Assembly: GCA_043827405.1 (NCBI GenBank)
Contig: JBDRPD010000053.1
Span: 20,826-84,825, forward strand
Length of the DNA: 64,000 nucleotides
Reading direction: 5' to 3'
Source of the DNA: Elusimicrobiota bacterium
GTDB lineage: Bacteria > Elusimicrobiota > Elusimicrobia > UBA1565
Shown here: positions 54,193 to 62,790 of the stretch, piece by piece
Numbering within the stretch: position 1 is the stretch's first letter
Layout of the letters: each line of letters begins with the position of its first letter
Position numbers and translations under genes: made by a program
Notes under the pieces: generated by a model
What the model saw: only the letters and a program-made list of their open reading frames with translations
What the model was told of the DNA's origin: nothing
Databases searched by the model: none

Positions 54193-55586
54193 TCGGCGAG
54201 CACCCCCGCTTTCTTAAGGGCCGCATAGACGTTCTGCGCCAGGAGCTGGTTGCCCACGGGTTTGAGGTGGTCGTCGTCTTCCATGTACTTCGTGCGCGGC
54301 TCCTTGGCGAAGAGCTCGGAATAGAACTTCTCATTGTCGATGAGCGGCAGATCGTATTTCTTCGCGACCTGCGCGATAATCCGGTTCGCGCTCTTGTAGG
54401 TCACCGGATAGTTCTGCACCACGACCTTGACGTTCTTCTCCCGGCTCATGCGCACGATCTCGTCCCAGGTCTCGAGCCGCTTGCGGTCGACGTAGCGGTC
54501 CATCTCCTCGCGGTCGAGCAGGATCTTGCGAAAATGGCGAAAGTACTCGTTGTGCGCCAGCTGCGGGTGCTTCTTCTCGGACTCCCGCAGCACCTTGAGG
54601 ACATCGTCCGCCGTATAACGGCTCTGGACCCGGTAGGCCTGGGTGAAGTGGTAGTTCGCCGAGTTGAAGTAGTCGTTCCAGAAATCCTCGGGGAAGGTCT
54701 GCGCGATATCGAGCAGCAGCGCGAAAAGGTCGTCGTAGCGGTGCTGCAGCTGGTAGAACCGGCCGGCGTAATCGGTCAGCAGGTCGGTAAAATCGCCGAT
54801 GACCTCGATGTCGAAATCCGCCTGCTGGATATCATCGGCGAAGGCGGTCTCAATCTTCGCCGCGAGCTCCGGGGCTAGATTTCTGTGCGGATCCCCGTCC
54901 AGGCTTTTTTTGTGCTGCTCGTAGACGTCCAGCAGCAGCTTAAACTTCTCCTCGTTGCTCGCGGGAGCTCCCCCCGCGTCGATCCCGTGCCGCGCCGCCA
55001 GGTTCAGCTTGATGTGCCGGTAGACCTTATAGAGCCGCAGCGTATACAGCCATCCGCGCGGCAGCACGTCGTACCAGAAGGTATCGTCCTTGAGCTTGCG
55101 CTCGCGGATCAGCGGGATATTGAACATGTCGGCGGCGCCGACCAGGATGACGACCGCATCGGGGAGCTGCTCGGGCGGATTCGTCTCCAGGTAGTGCTTC
55201 AGCTTAAGCGCCACCCCGAAGGTGCTGTCTTCGCAGTAGCCGAGATTGTAGACCGCCGTCCACTCTCCGGCGTCGGCGAAATTCCTGTACAGGTAGTATG
55301 GATAGCTGTGGTAGCTCTTGACGTTGCCGCCGTTGGTCAGGCTGTCCCCCAGCGTGAGGATCAGCCGGTCCCGCTTCGCCTCCGGCCGGTACCGCTCGAA
55401 GGTCTCATCGACATGATAGACCCGCTCCTCGAACGGCGGGACGAACTCGCGCTGGCGGGCGGCGGTCACCGCGAAACCGGTCAGCCGCAGGCCGGCCTCA
55501 AGAACCGCGAGACAAAAGAGGAGGCTCCCGCCGAGTACCGCGAACTTGACGCGCATGGAGTTTCGGTATTTAGCCAGCTTTCCCAT
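54189..55586 (-). CDS. Membrane-anchored SGNH/GDSL hydrolase, tandem paralog 1 of 3
   Basis: 465 aa. TM FAVLGGSLLFCLAVLEAGL. LILTLGDSLTNGGNV. C-terminal DDDHLKPVGNQLLAQNVY. Confidence 0.75.
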   Translation of the reverse strand: MGKLAKYRNSMRVKFAVLGGSLLFCLAVLEAGLRLTGFAVTAARQREFVPPFEERVYHVDETFERYRPEAKRDRLILTLGDSLTNGGNVKSYHSYPYYLYRNFADAGEWTAVYNLGYCEDSTFGVALKLKHYLETNPPEQLPDAVVILVGAADMFNIPLIRERKLKDDTFWYDVLPRGWLYTLRLYKVYRHIKLNLAARHGIDAGGAPASNEEKFKLLLDVYEQHKKSLDGDPHRNLAPELAAKIETAFADDIQQADFDIEVIGDFTDLLTDYAGRFYQLQHRYDDLFALLLDIAQTFPEDFWNDYFNSANYHFTQAYRVQSRYTADDVLKVLRESEKKHPQLAHNEYFRHFRKILLDREEMDRYVDRKRLETWDEIVRMSREKNVKVVVQNYPVTYKSANRIIAQVAKKYDLPLIDNEKFYSELFAKEPRTKYMEDDDHLKPVGNQLLAQNVYAALKKAGVLAE

Positions 55587-55595
55587 CGTTAAAGC

Positions 55596-56957
55596 TTATC
55601 TTTTTGCGCCCGCGAGCGCCGCGTAGACGCCGCGCGCCAGCTGCTCATAGCCGGCCGGCGTCAGGTGATCGTCGTCGACCAGGTACGCCTCCCGCCCGTC
55701 CTTGGCGATCAGCTCGCCGAACCGCGAGCGGTTGTCGATCAGCGGCAGGCCGTGCTTCTCGGCGACGCGGCCGATAATCCGGTTGGCGCTCTTGTAGACC
55801 ACCGGATAGTTCTGCAGGATCAGCGTGATCTGCTGCTCCCGCGCCAAGCGCGCGATCTCGTCCCAGGCCTCCATCCGCTTGCGGTCCACGTACTCATTCA
55901 TCTCCTCGCGGTCCTCGAGCAGCTTCATGAAGTGCTGAAAGTGCTCATTGGCCGCGAGCGCGGGGTGCATATCCTTTGATTTTACCAGCGCCGCGCGCAC
56001 CTCTTGCGCCGTAAAGCGGCTCTGCACGCGGTAGGTCTGAATAAGGTTGTAGGATGCGGTATTGTCGGAAACCGCCAAATCGGGCCAAAAATCCCGCGGC
56101 AGGCTGACGGCCATATCCAGCAGCAGCGCGAAGAACTCGTCGTACCTGTGGCGCACCGTATACACGCGGCCCGCGTAATTGGACATCATCTCCAAAAAAT
56201 CCGGAACGCTCTCGAAGTCGAAGTCGCCATGCTGGACGTCGCCGCCGAAAGCCGCCCGCAGTTCCCGCGCCGACGCGGGGGCCAGCGGTCCGCCGTGCTT
56301 AAGCTGCTCGAACACCTTGCGCAGCAGCGCCAGCTTCTCCTCGTTGGTCTTGCGGTCCGCACCCGGAACGGAACGGGGCGTCGCGAGGCTTAGACGAATA
56401 TGCCGGTAGACTTTATAGAGCCGCAGCGAATACCAGCCGCCGCCGGGCGGAACGTCGTGCCAGAAGGCGTCGTCCCGAAGCCGGCGGGCGCGCAGCAGCG
56501 GGATATTGAACAGGTCCGCGGCGCCGACCAGGATGACGATCGCGTCGGGCTTGCGCTCGGGCCCGGCCGTGCGCAGGTAGTTCTTCAGCTTCAATGCCAC
56601 CCCGAAGGTGCTGTCCTCGCAATAGCCGAGGTTGTAAACCGCGGCGCGGCGCCCCGCGTCGGCGAAGCTCTGGTAAAGGTAGTACGGATAGCTCTGGCGG
56701 CTGCGCACATTGCCGCCGTTGGTCAGAGAGTCGCCGAAGGTCAGCACCAGATAATCCCCCTCGCGGCGCGGATTAAAGCGCTCGAAGGAATCGTCGTGGT
56801 GCAGCCCCTCGTCGGGCAGGAACTCCCGCTGCCGCGAGGACGTGACGGCGAAGCCCGTCAGCCGCAGCCCGAGCTCGGCGGCCGCGAGGCATAACAGCAG
56901 GCTGCCCGTAAAAACCGCGAGCTTGGCTCCGCGCGAGTTGCGGTATTTCTCCATCAT
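55596..56957 (-). CDS. Membrane-anchored SGNH/GDSL hydrolase, tandem paralog 2 of 3
   Basis: 453 aa. LVLTFGDSLTNGGNV. DDDHLTPAGYEQLARGVY. Confidence 0.75.
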   Translation of the reverse strand: MMEKYRNSRGAKLAVFTGSLLLCLAAAELGLRLTGFAVTSSRQREFLPDEGLHHDDSFERFNPRREGDYLVLTFGDSLTNGGNVRSRQSYPYYLYQSFADAGRRAAVYNLGYCEDSTFGVALKLKNYLRTAGPERKPDAIVILVGAADLFNIPLLRARRLRDDAFWHDVPPGGGWYSLRLYKVYRHIRLSLATPRSVPGADRKTNEEKLALLRKVFEQLKHGGPLAPASARELRAAFGGDVQHGDFDFESVPDFLEMMSNYAGRVYTVRHRYDEFFALLLDMAVSLPRDFWPDLAVSDNTASYNLIQTYRVQSRFTAQEVRAALVKSKDMHPALAANEHFQHFMKLLEDREEMNEYVDRKRMEAWDEIARLAREQQITLILQNYPVVYKSANRIIGRVAEKHGLPLIDNRSRFGELIAKDGREAYLVDDDHLTPAGYEQLARGVYAALAGAKR

Positions 56958-58348
56958 GACGGGAATTTCAACCCCGCCAGTTTTTCATACACATTGCGCG
57001 CCAGCAGCTCATTGCCGAGCGGGGTCAAATGATCGTCGTCTTCGAAGTACTTGGCACGGCCGTCCTTGGCGATCAGCTCGGCGAAGAACCTTGCGTTGTC
57101 GATGAGCGGCAGCTGGTGGCGCTCGGCGACACGCCGTAAAACCTCGTTGGCGCTCTTGTAGGTCACCGGATAATTCTGCAAAACCACCTGAATGCCCTTC
57201 TCCCGGGCCAGCCGCACAATCTCGTCCCATGCCTCCTCGCGCATGCGGTCGACTTGGCGGTCCACCTTATCCCGGTGGAGCAGGATGCTCTGGAAGTGGC
57301 GAAACGAATCATTGCCGCGCAGGTAGGCATGTTCCGCGGCGGACCGTTCGAGAACTTTGAGAATCTCGTCGGCGGTACGCGCGCTCTGCACCCGGTAGGC
57401 CTGCACCAGGTTGTAGTTCGCCGTGTCCTCGTCATTGACGCCGGGCTCCGCCCAGAAATCGCGCGGGAAGGCAACGGCGACGTCCAGCAGCAGGCCGAAG
57501 AACTTGTCGTAGCGGTGGCTCGCCGTATACACCCGGCCGGCATAGCTGGTCAGCAGATCCAGGAACTCCGCCGTCCTTGAAAAGTCGAGCGGAGAGTAGC
57601 GGAGATCATCGGCGAAGGCCGCCTCGATCTTCTCGACGAGCTCGGGAGCCAACGGCCCTCGCTTCCCCTTATGCCGCTGGTAGGCATCCAGCAGCACCGC
57701 GAGCTTCCGCTCGCTGGCCGTCCGGTCCGCCGGCGCTCCGCCCACGCCGCGCCGAACGCCCAGATTGAGCCGGATATGGCGATAGACCTTGTACAACCGC
57801 AGCGCACGCAGCCCCCCTTGGGGCAGCATATCCTGCCAGTAGGTATCGTCGCGAAAATGCCCCTGCTGGATGAGCGGGATATTAAACATATCCGCGGCGC
57901 CGACCAGGAAGACGGCGGCGTCGGGCAGCTCGTCGGCCGGATGCGTCTGGATATAGGCTTTCAGCTTCATCGCCGAGCCGAATGTGCTGTCTTCGCAGTA
58001 GCCCATATTATAGACCGACGTGCGGCGTCCGGCCTGGGCGAAGTTTTTATAGAGGAAGTAGGGGTAGCTGTGGTAGCTCGCGACATTGCCGCCGTTGGTC
58101 AGCGAATCGCCGAGCGCCAGGATCAGCAGCTCGCGCTTGCCGTCCGCACGGTAGCGTTCAAAAGTAACGTCGTCGTCATCCGCCGCGTCCGCAAACGGCG
58201 GGACAAACCGGCGCTGCCGGGAAGCCGTTACCGCATAGCCGGTCAGCCGCAGGCCGGCTTCAACGACGGCGAGGCAGACAAACAGGCTGGCGCCGAATAT
58301 CGCGAGCTTGACGCCGAGCGAATTATTGAATTTACCGAGCTGTTTCAT
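56954..58348 (-). CDS. Membrane-anchored SGNH/GDSL hydrolase, tandem paralog 3 of 3 (ATGA overlap with the previous gene)
   Basis: 464 aa. LILALGDSLTNGGNV. DDDHLTPLGNELLARNVY. Confidence 0.75.
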   Translation of the reverse strand: MKQLGKFNNSLGVKLAIFGASLFVCLAVVEAGLRLTGYAVTASRQRRFVPPFADAADDDDVTFERYRADGKRELLILALGDSLTNGGNVASYHSYPYFLYKNFAQAGRRTSVYNMGYCEDSTFGSAMKLKAYIQTHPADELPDAAVFLVGAADMFNIPLIQQGHFRDDTYWQDMLPQGGLRALRLYKVYRHIRLNLGVRRGVGGAPADRTASERKLAVLLDAYQRHKGKRGPLAPELVEKIEAAFADDLRYSPLDFSRTAEFLDLLTSYAGRVYTASHRYDKFFGLLLDVAVAFPRDFWAEPGVNDEDTANYNLVQAYRVQSARTADEILKVLERSAAEHAYLRGNDSFRHFQSILLHRDKVDRQVDRMREEAWDEIVRLAREKGIQVVLQNYPVTYKSANEVLRRVAERHQLPLIDNARFFAELIAKDGRAKYFEDDDHLTPLGNELLARNVYEKLAGLKFPS

Positions 58349-58404
58349 CGGTGAGAGAGTATTTTACTATAGCCCTCACCGACGGGCCGTGTCAATGAGG
58401 GCTT
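58349..58404 (-). terminator. Structured intergenic hairpin(s) between the DmpA gene and the first SGNH paralog
   Basis: Inverted repeats tcggtgagag-N16-ccctcaccga and gccctca-N17-tgagggc. There is no clear U-run, so this could be a terminator or an attenuator/processing site. Confidence 0.3.
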
Positions 58405-59514
58405 TTAACCGCGGTACTTGGCAAGCAGCTCGCGAACCCGGTCCAGCGGCAGCGCCGGAGCGAGATGGCCGTCGGCGCCGCGCATGCCGTCGGCCATGCA
58501 CATCGAGTTGAGGATCGCTTCTTCCGTCGCATCGACCGCCGCGGCATACAGCGGGTCCATGCAGTCGTCGAGCAGGACCTTCATCCGGTAGAGCATCTTG
58601 CGGCTGCTGCGCGGAACCGCATTCGCCGTTGAAAAGCCGACGATAATCTCGCCGGAGCCGTGCGCGGCGAACGAACCGGCCCGTCCGATTCCCAGACCGA
58701 CCCGCTTGGCGATGCGGTTGACCTGGTTGGGCAGCAGCGGCGCGTCGGTGGCGAACACGGCGATAATGCTGCCGTAGGTGTCCTCGCGATGCGGCTGCTG
58801 CGTGAAGTCCGGCTTCAGGGAGCGGCCGACGGGGACGCCGTCCATCCGCAGGTCTTCCATGCGGCCGAAGTTGCTCATAACCAGGACGCCCAGCACGTAG
58901 TTCATGTCCGCGGTCTTGATGCGGCGCGACGACGTACCGATCCCGCCCTTGAAGTCGCAGGTAACCATACCCGTGCCGCCGCCGACGCTGCCCTCGATGA
59001 CGCGGCCGCTCTGCGCGCTGTCGATCGCGGCGGCGACGTGGCGGGCATGCACGTGGCGCCCGGCGATATCATTGAGCCAGGAATCGTCGCACTCGCCCAC
59101 CACCGGAATAACAACGTCCTCGCGGTTGCCGATCTCGGGATGCTTGCCGATCATGTACTGGACCAGCGCCTCGGAGCAGCGGCCGACCGAAAGCGTATTG
59201 GTCAGCAGGATCGGCGTCTCGATCAGGCCCCATTCCATCACCTGGGTCAGGCCCGATATTTCCCCGGCGCCGTGCAGGACAAATCCCCCGCCCACAACCC
59301 GGTTCATGAACACGTTCCCGGCCATGGGGAGGATGGCCGTCACTCCGGTGCGGACCGGCCCGCGGCCGCGCACTAGCGGCCCCTCGCCTTCGATGAGGGT
59401 CGTATGCCCGACCTGGACGCCGGGCACGTCGGTAATGGCATTGTAGCGGCCGGCCTGGAACGTCCCGATACGGACGCCCAGGTCACGCACGCGGCATCTT
59501 GATTCGTTATTCAT
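58405..59514 (-). CDS. DmpA/OAT-family aminopeptidase (peptidase S58, P1 family)
   Basis: Start MNNESRCRVRDLGVRIGTF within ORF 58405..59667 (ATG at 59512-59514, sharing one base with the upstream stop: TGATG). GVRIGTFQAGRYNAITDVPGVQVGHTT ... GSVGGGTGMV matches DmpA-type self-processing N-terminal-nucleophile hydrolases. Confidence 0.7.
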   Translation of the reverse strand: MNNESRCRVRDLGVRIGTFQAGRYNAITDVPGVQVGHTTLIEGEGPLVRGRGPVRTGVTAILPMAGNVFMNRVVGGGFVLHGAGEISGLTQVMEWGLIETPILLTNTLSVGRCSEALVQYMIGKHPEIGNREDVVIPVVGECDDSWLNDIAGRHVHARHVAAAIDSAQSGRVIEGSVGGGTGMVTCDFKGGIGTSSRRIKTADMNYVLGVLVMSNFGRMEDLRMDGVPVGRSLKPDFTQQPHREDTYGSIIAVFATDAPLLPNQVNRIAKRVGLGIGRAGSFAAHGSGEIIVGFSTANAVPRSSRKMLYRMKVLLDDCMDPLYAAAVDATEEAILNSMCMADGMRGADGHLAPALPLDRVRELLAKYRG

Positions 59515-61556
59515 CACACCTGCAGCAGCAGCTTCCTTTTTTCTCTGAGCCGGCGGATGGCGGGAGACAGTATCTCGCCGATCAAAGTCCGATAGTCCAT
59601 CCCCGCGCCTTCCGCGATCAGGCAGAGATCGGACCAGCCGGGGGTCAGCCCCGGCAGGGGGTTGCACTCCATGAAGTGCGGACGCCCGTTCGCGTCCAGG
59701 CGGAAGTCAAAGCGCGCGACATCGCGGCAGCCCAAGGCGTAGAATCCCTTGCGCGACATCCGCTCGAGCTCATTCTTGAGCCGGTCATCGATCTGGGCGG
59801 GAGCGTCATAGCCGATCTGCGCGTTCACGTTCAGCTTGGTGACGAACGAGTAGATCGGGAACTTCTCATCGGCGTTGAGGAACTTAACCTCCATCGGCGG
59901 CAGAACGCGCGGCCGGCGCTCGCCGAGCAAGGCCACCGTAAACTCCCGCCCGGGCAGGTACTCCTCGGCCAATGCCGCCTGGCCGTATTTGCCGATGAGA
60001 TCGGCGGCGATCGCCCGGAGCTCGGCCTCATTGTGGACCACGCTGCGGCTGGCCACGCCCTTCGAGCTTCCTTCGGCCACCGGCTTGACGACCATGGGGT
60101 AGTTCATGTGCGCCGGCACCCGCTCTTTCCCCGTCACCAGCAGCAGAAACGCCGGCGTGCGCAGCCCCTCCTCCCGCACAATGCGTTTGGCCATGCCTTT
60201 GTCCAGGGTCAGCGCCATGGTCGCGGAGTCGGAGCCGGTATGCGGGATATTCAGCAGCTCGAGAAGCGCGGGGATCTGGGCTTCCCGGTTGCGGCCGCGT
60301 ATCCCTTCGGCGACGTTAAACACGACGTCGACATTGGACACCGCGAGCAGGTTCGGCAGCTCCGGCGTGGCCTCGAGCTCGACGACTTCATGGCCGTAGG
60401 ACGCGATCGCGTCACTGATGGCGTGAATGGTCTTCGGGGCGTCGAACTCCGCCTCCTGATCCGTGTCGTTGTCCGCCGTGGGAATCAACCGCTTTACGTT
60501 GTAGGTAAAGCCCACACGCAGCTTCTTCGCGCCCGCGCTCCTCGCGGTTCCCGTCCGCAGCGAGAAGCCGTAGCGCTTGGCGGCGCTGGCCAGGATGGTG
60601 TTAAGCACGGCGTCCATGCCGTGCAGTCCGACCGCCTCCGCGGCGAGGTAGATTCCCGCTTCGGGCTCCAGGCTGGGCAAAGCGTTGGCCTCGATGAAAT
60701 AGATATCCTCCTGCGGCGTGATCCGGAAGTCGATGCGGCCTAAATCCCGTATCCCGAGCGCCGGGAATATCTGCTGCGCGTAAGCCAACAGCCGGCGCTG
60801 CGTTTCGGGGACGAGATCGTCGAGCACCTGCGGCGCCACCTGCTCGCTGTTATCGTTTTTGAGCTGATAATCGTAGATCTGCAGGGAGCTGTTCGCTTTT
60901 TCCGGCGCCAGCTGGAAAGCATAGCCCACCGGCGGCAGGATGCCTTTGCTGCGCGGCGCCGCCCCTTCCAGAAAGGCGATCGAGACGTCCCGTCCGGGGA
61001 TGAACTCCTCGGCCAGAACCCCGGCCGCGTAGCGCTCAAGGCCCTGCGCCGTCCGCTCGCGCAGTTCGGCGGCCGTATGCACCACCGAGAGCTCCGTGAT
61101 CCCCTTGGAGCTGCCCTCGAAGTTCGGCTTCACGATCAGCGGGTAGCGCAGCCCGAGACTGACCAGATCGTCCATCCGCGTGATGAACTTGGAGCGCGGG
61201 ACCGGAACGCCCTGGGCCGCCAGGAGGCGCTTGGTCATGTCCTTGTCGAGAGTTATCGTGCAGACATAGGCGTCGGAGCCCGTAAACGGCAGGCCGAGCT
61301 GCTCGAACATCCCCGGGAAGAAGGCCTCGCGGTAGCGCCCCGTCGCCCCCTCGGCGGTATTAAAGACGAGCGACGGGTTGAGCGCCTCCAACCGCGCGAT
61401 GGTCCGCGACGGCGGGCCGCCCACCTCGACCAGATCGACCCGGTGCCCGAGCCGCGTCAGGGAATCTTTAATGGCGTCGACGGTCTCCAGACTGTCGAAC
61501 TCGGCTTCCTCTTCAATGAGACGCTGCCGGAGGTTGTGGGTGAAGGCGATATTCAT
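59514..61556 (-). CDS. Tandem double ATP-grasp protein, two D-alanine--D-alanine ligase-like modules
   Basis: ORF 59514..61637. The likely start is MNIAFTHNLRQ near 61555. Two repeated Ddl-like units (IAFTHNLRQ...VFNTAEGATGRYREAFFPGMFEQLGLPFTGSDAY...; RVGFTYNVKRL...VFNVAEGIRGRNREAQIPALLELLNIPHTGSDSA...), each followed by an ATP-grasp body. Coordinates near the start are uncertain by 1-2 nt. Confidence 0.65.
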   Translation of the reverse strand: MNIAFTHNLRQRLIEEEAEFDSLETVDAIKDSLTRLGHRVDLVEVGGPPSRTIARLEALNPSLVFNTAEGATGRYREAFFPGMFEQLGLPFTGSDAYVCTITLDKDMTKRLLAAQGVPVPRSKFITRMDDLVSLGLRYPLIVKPNFEGSSKGITELSVVHTAAELRERTAQGLERYAAGVLAEEFIPGRDVSIAFLEGAAPRSKGILPPVGYAFQLAPEKANSSLQIYDYQLKNDNSEQVAPQVLDDLVPETQRRLLAYAQQIFPALGIRDLGRIDFRITPQEDIYFIEANALPSLEPEAGIYLAAEAVGLHGMDAVLNTILASAAKRYGFSLRTGTARSAGAKKLRVGFTYNVKRLIPTADNDTDQEAEFDAPKTIHAISDAIASYGHEVVELEATPELPNLLAVSNVDVVFNVAEGIRGRNREAQIPALLELLNIPHTGSDSATMALTLDKGMAKRIVREEGLRTPAFLLLVTGKERVPAHMNYPMVVKPVAEGSSKGVASRSVVHNEAELRAIAADLIGKYGQAALAEEYLPGREFTVALLGERRPRVLPPMEVKFLNADEKFPIYSFVTKLNVNAQIGYDAPAQIDDRLKNELERMSRKGFYALGCRDVARFDFRLDANGRPHFMECNPLPGLTPGWSDLCLIAEGAGMDYRTLIGEILSPAIRRLREKRKLLLQV

Positions 61557-61700
61557 CAGGTTGTGTATTGTACTACGTGTTGAGCCCAAAATGGTTCCTA
61601 CCGGGCATTGGCGCCGCGGACGGATATTGACCAACACGGGCGTTTTTGATATCAGAGATACTCCGGACCCTTATCAACCTAAAACCCTCAACCCAAAACC

Positions 61701-62780
61701 ATGGCCAAAATTGACGCGTTCTTTAAACTGATGTTCGAGCAGGGAGCGTCCGATCTGCACCTGGTCTCAGGACAGCGGCCGATCGTGCGCCTCAACGGCG
61801 AGATGGAACGCATCAAGTACGAAGTGCTCGAAAACGACAAGCTCAAAGACATGCTCTACGAGATCGCCCCCGAGATCAAGTGCAAGCAGTTCGAGGAAAC
61901 CGGCGATGTGGACTTCGGCTACGAGGTCGTGGGCATGGCGCGCTTCCGGGCCAATTTTTTCAATCAGCGCAACGGCTGCGCGGCGGTGTTCCGGCAGATT
62001 CCGAGCAAGGTGCTGACCGCGGAAGATCTGGGCCTGCCGCCGATCCTGCTGCAGGCCGCGATGTACAAGAAGGGCCTGGTCCTGGTAACCGGCCCGACGG
62101 GGAGCGGCAAATCGACGACGCTGGCCGCGATGATGGACCATGCCAACAAGAACCGCCGCGACCACATAATCACCGTTGAGGATCCTATTGAGTTCGTACA
62201 CCAGAGCCAGGGATGTCTCGTCAACCAGCGCGAGGTCGGCAGGGATACCCGGTCCTTCGCGTCGGCCCTCAAGGGCGCCCTGCGCCAGGACCCCGACATT
62301 ATTCTCGTCGGCGAAATGCGCGACCTCGAGACGATCCGTCTGGCGGTGGAGGCGGCGGCGACGGGACACCTCGTCTTCGGCACCCTGCATACCATCAGCG
62401 CCCCCAAGACCGTGGACCGCGTCATCGAGGTCTTCCCGCACGAGGAGCAAAGCCAGATTCGCAACACCTTGGCGACGAGCCTGAAGATGGTCGTGGCCCA
62501 GAACCTCTTCCGCCGCATCGACAAGAAGGGCCGATGCTGCGCCCTGGAGATCATGGTATGCACCAGCGCCATCTCCAACCAAATCCGTGAGAACAAAACC
62601 CATCAGATGCAGTCGTCGATCGATACCGGCAAGAAGCAGGGAATGCAGTCTTTGGACTCCGGGATCATGGAGCTCCTGGACAAGGGCTGGATCAGCGCCG
62701 AGGAGGCTTTCGACAAGTGCATCGACAAGGCCAAATTCCTGCCGCGGCTAACGGAGAAGCCGGCCGACTACTTCGGCTGA
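61701..62780 (+). CDS. pilT: Type IV pilus retraction ATPase PilT
   Basis: 359 aa. MAKIDAFFKLMFEQGASDLHLVSGQRPIVRLNGEM..., Walker A GPTGSGKSTTLAAM, and GEMRDLETI (Asp box/Walker B region) match the PilT family. Confidence 0.85.
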   Translation: MAKIDAFFKLMFEQGASDLHLVSGQRPIVRLNGEMERIKYEVLENDKLKDMLYEIAPEIKCKQFEETGDVDFGYEVVGMARFRANFFNQRNGCAAVFRQIPSKVLTAEDLGLPPILLQAAMYKKGLVLVTGPTGSGKSTTLAAMMDHANKNRRDHIITVEDPIEFVHQSQGCLVNQREVGRDTRSFASALKGALRQDPDIILVGEMRDLETIRLAVEAAATGHLVFGTLHTISAPKTVDRVIEVFPHEEQSQIRNTLATSLKMVVAQNLFRRIDKKGRCCALEIMVCTSAISNQIRENKTHQMQSSIDTGKKQGMQSLDSGIMELLDKGWISAEEAFDKCIDKAKFLPRLTEKPADYFG

Positions 62781-62790
62781 GCACCCAACT

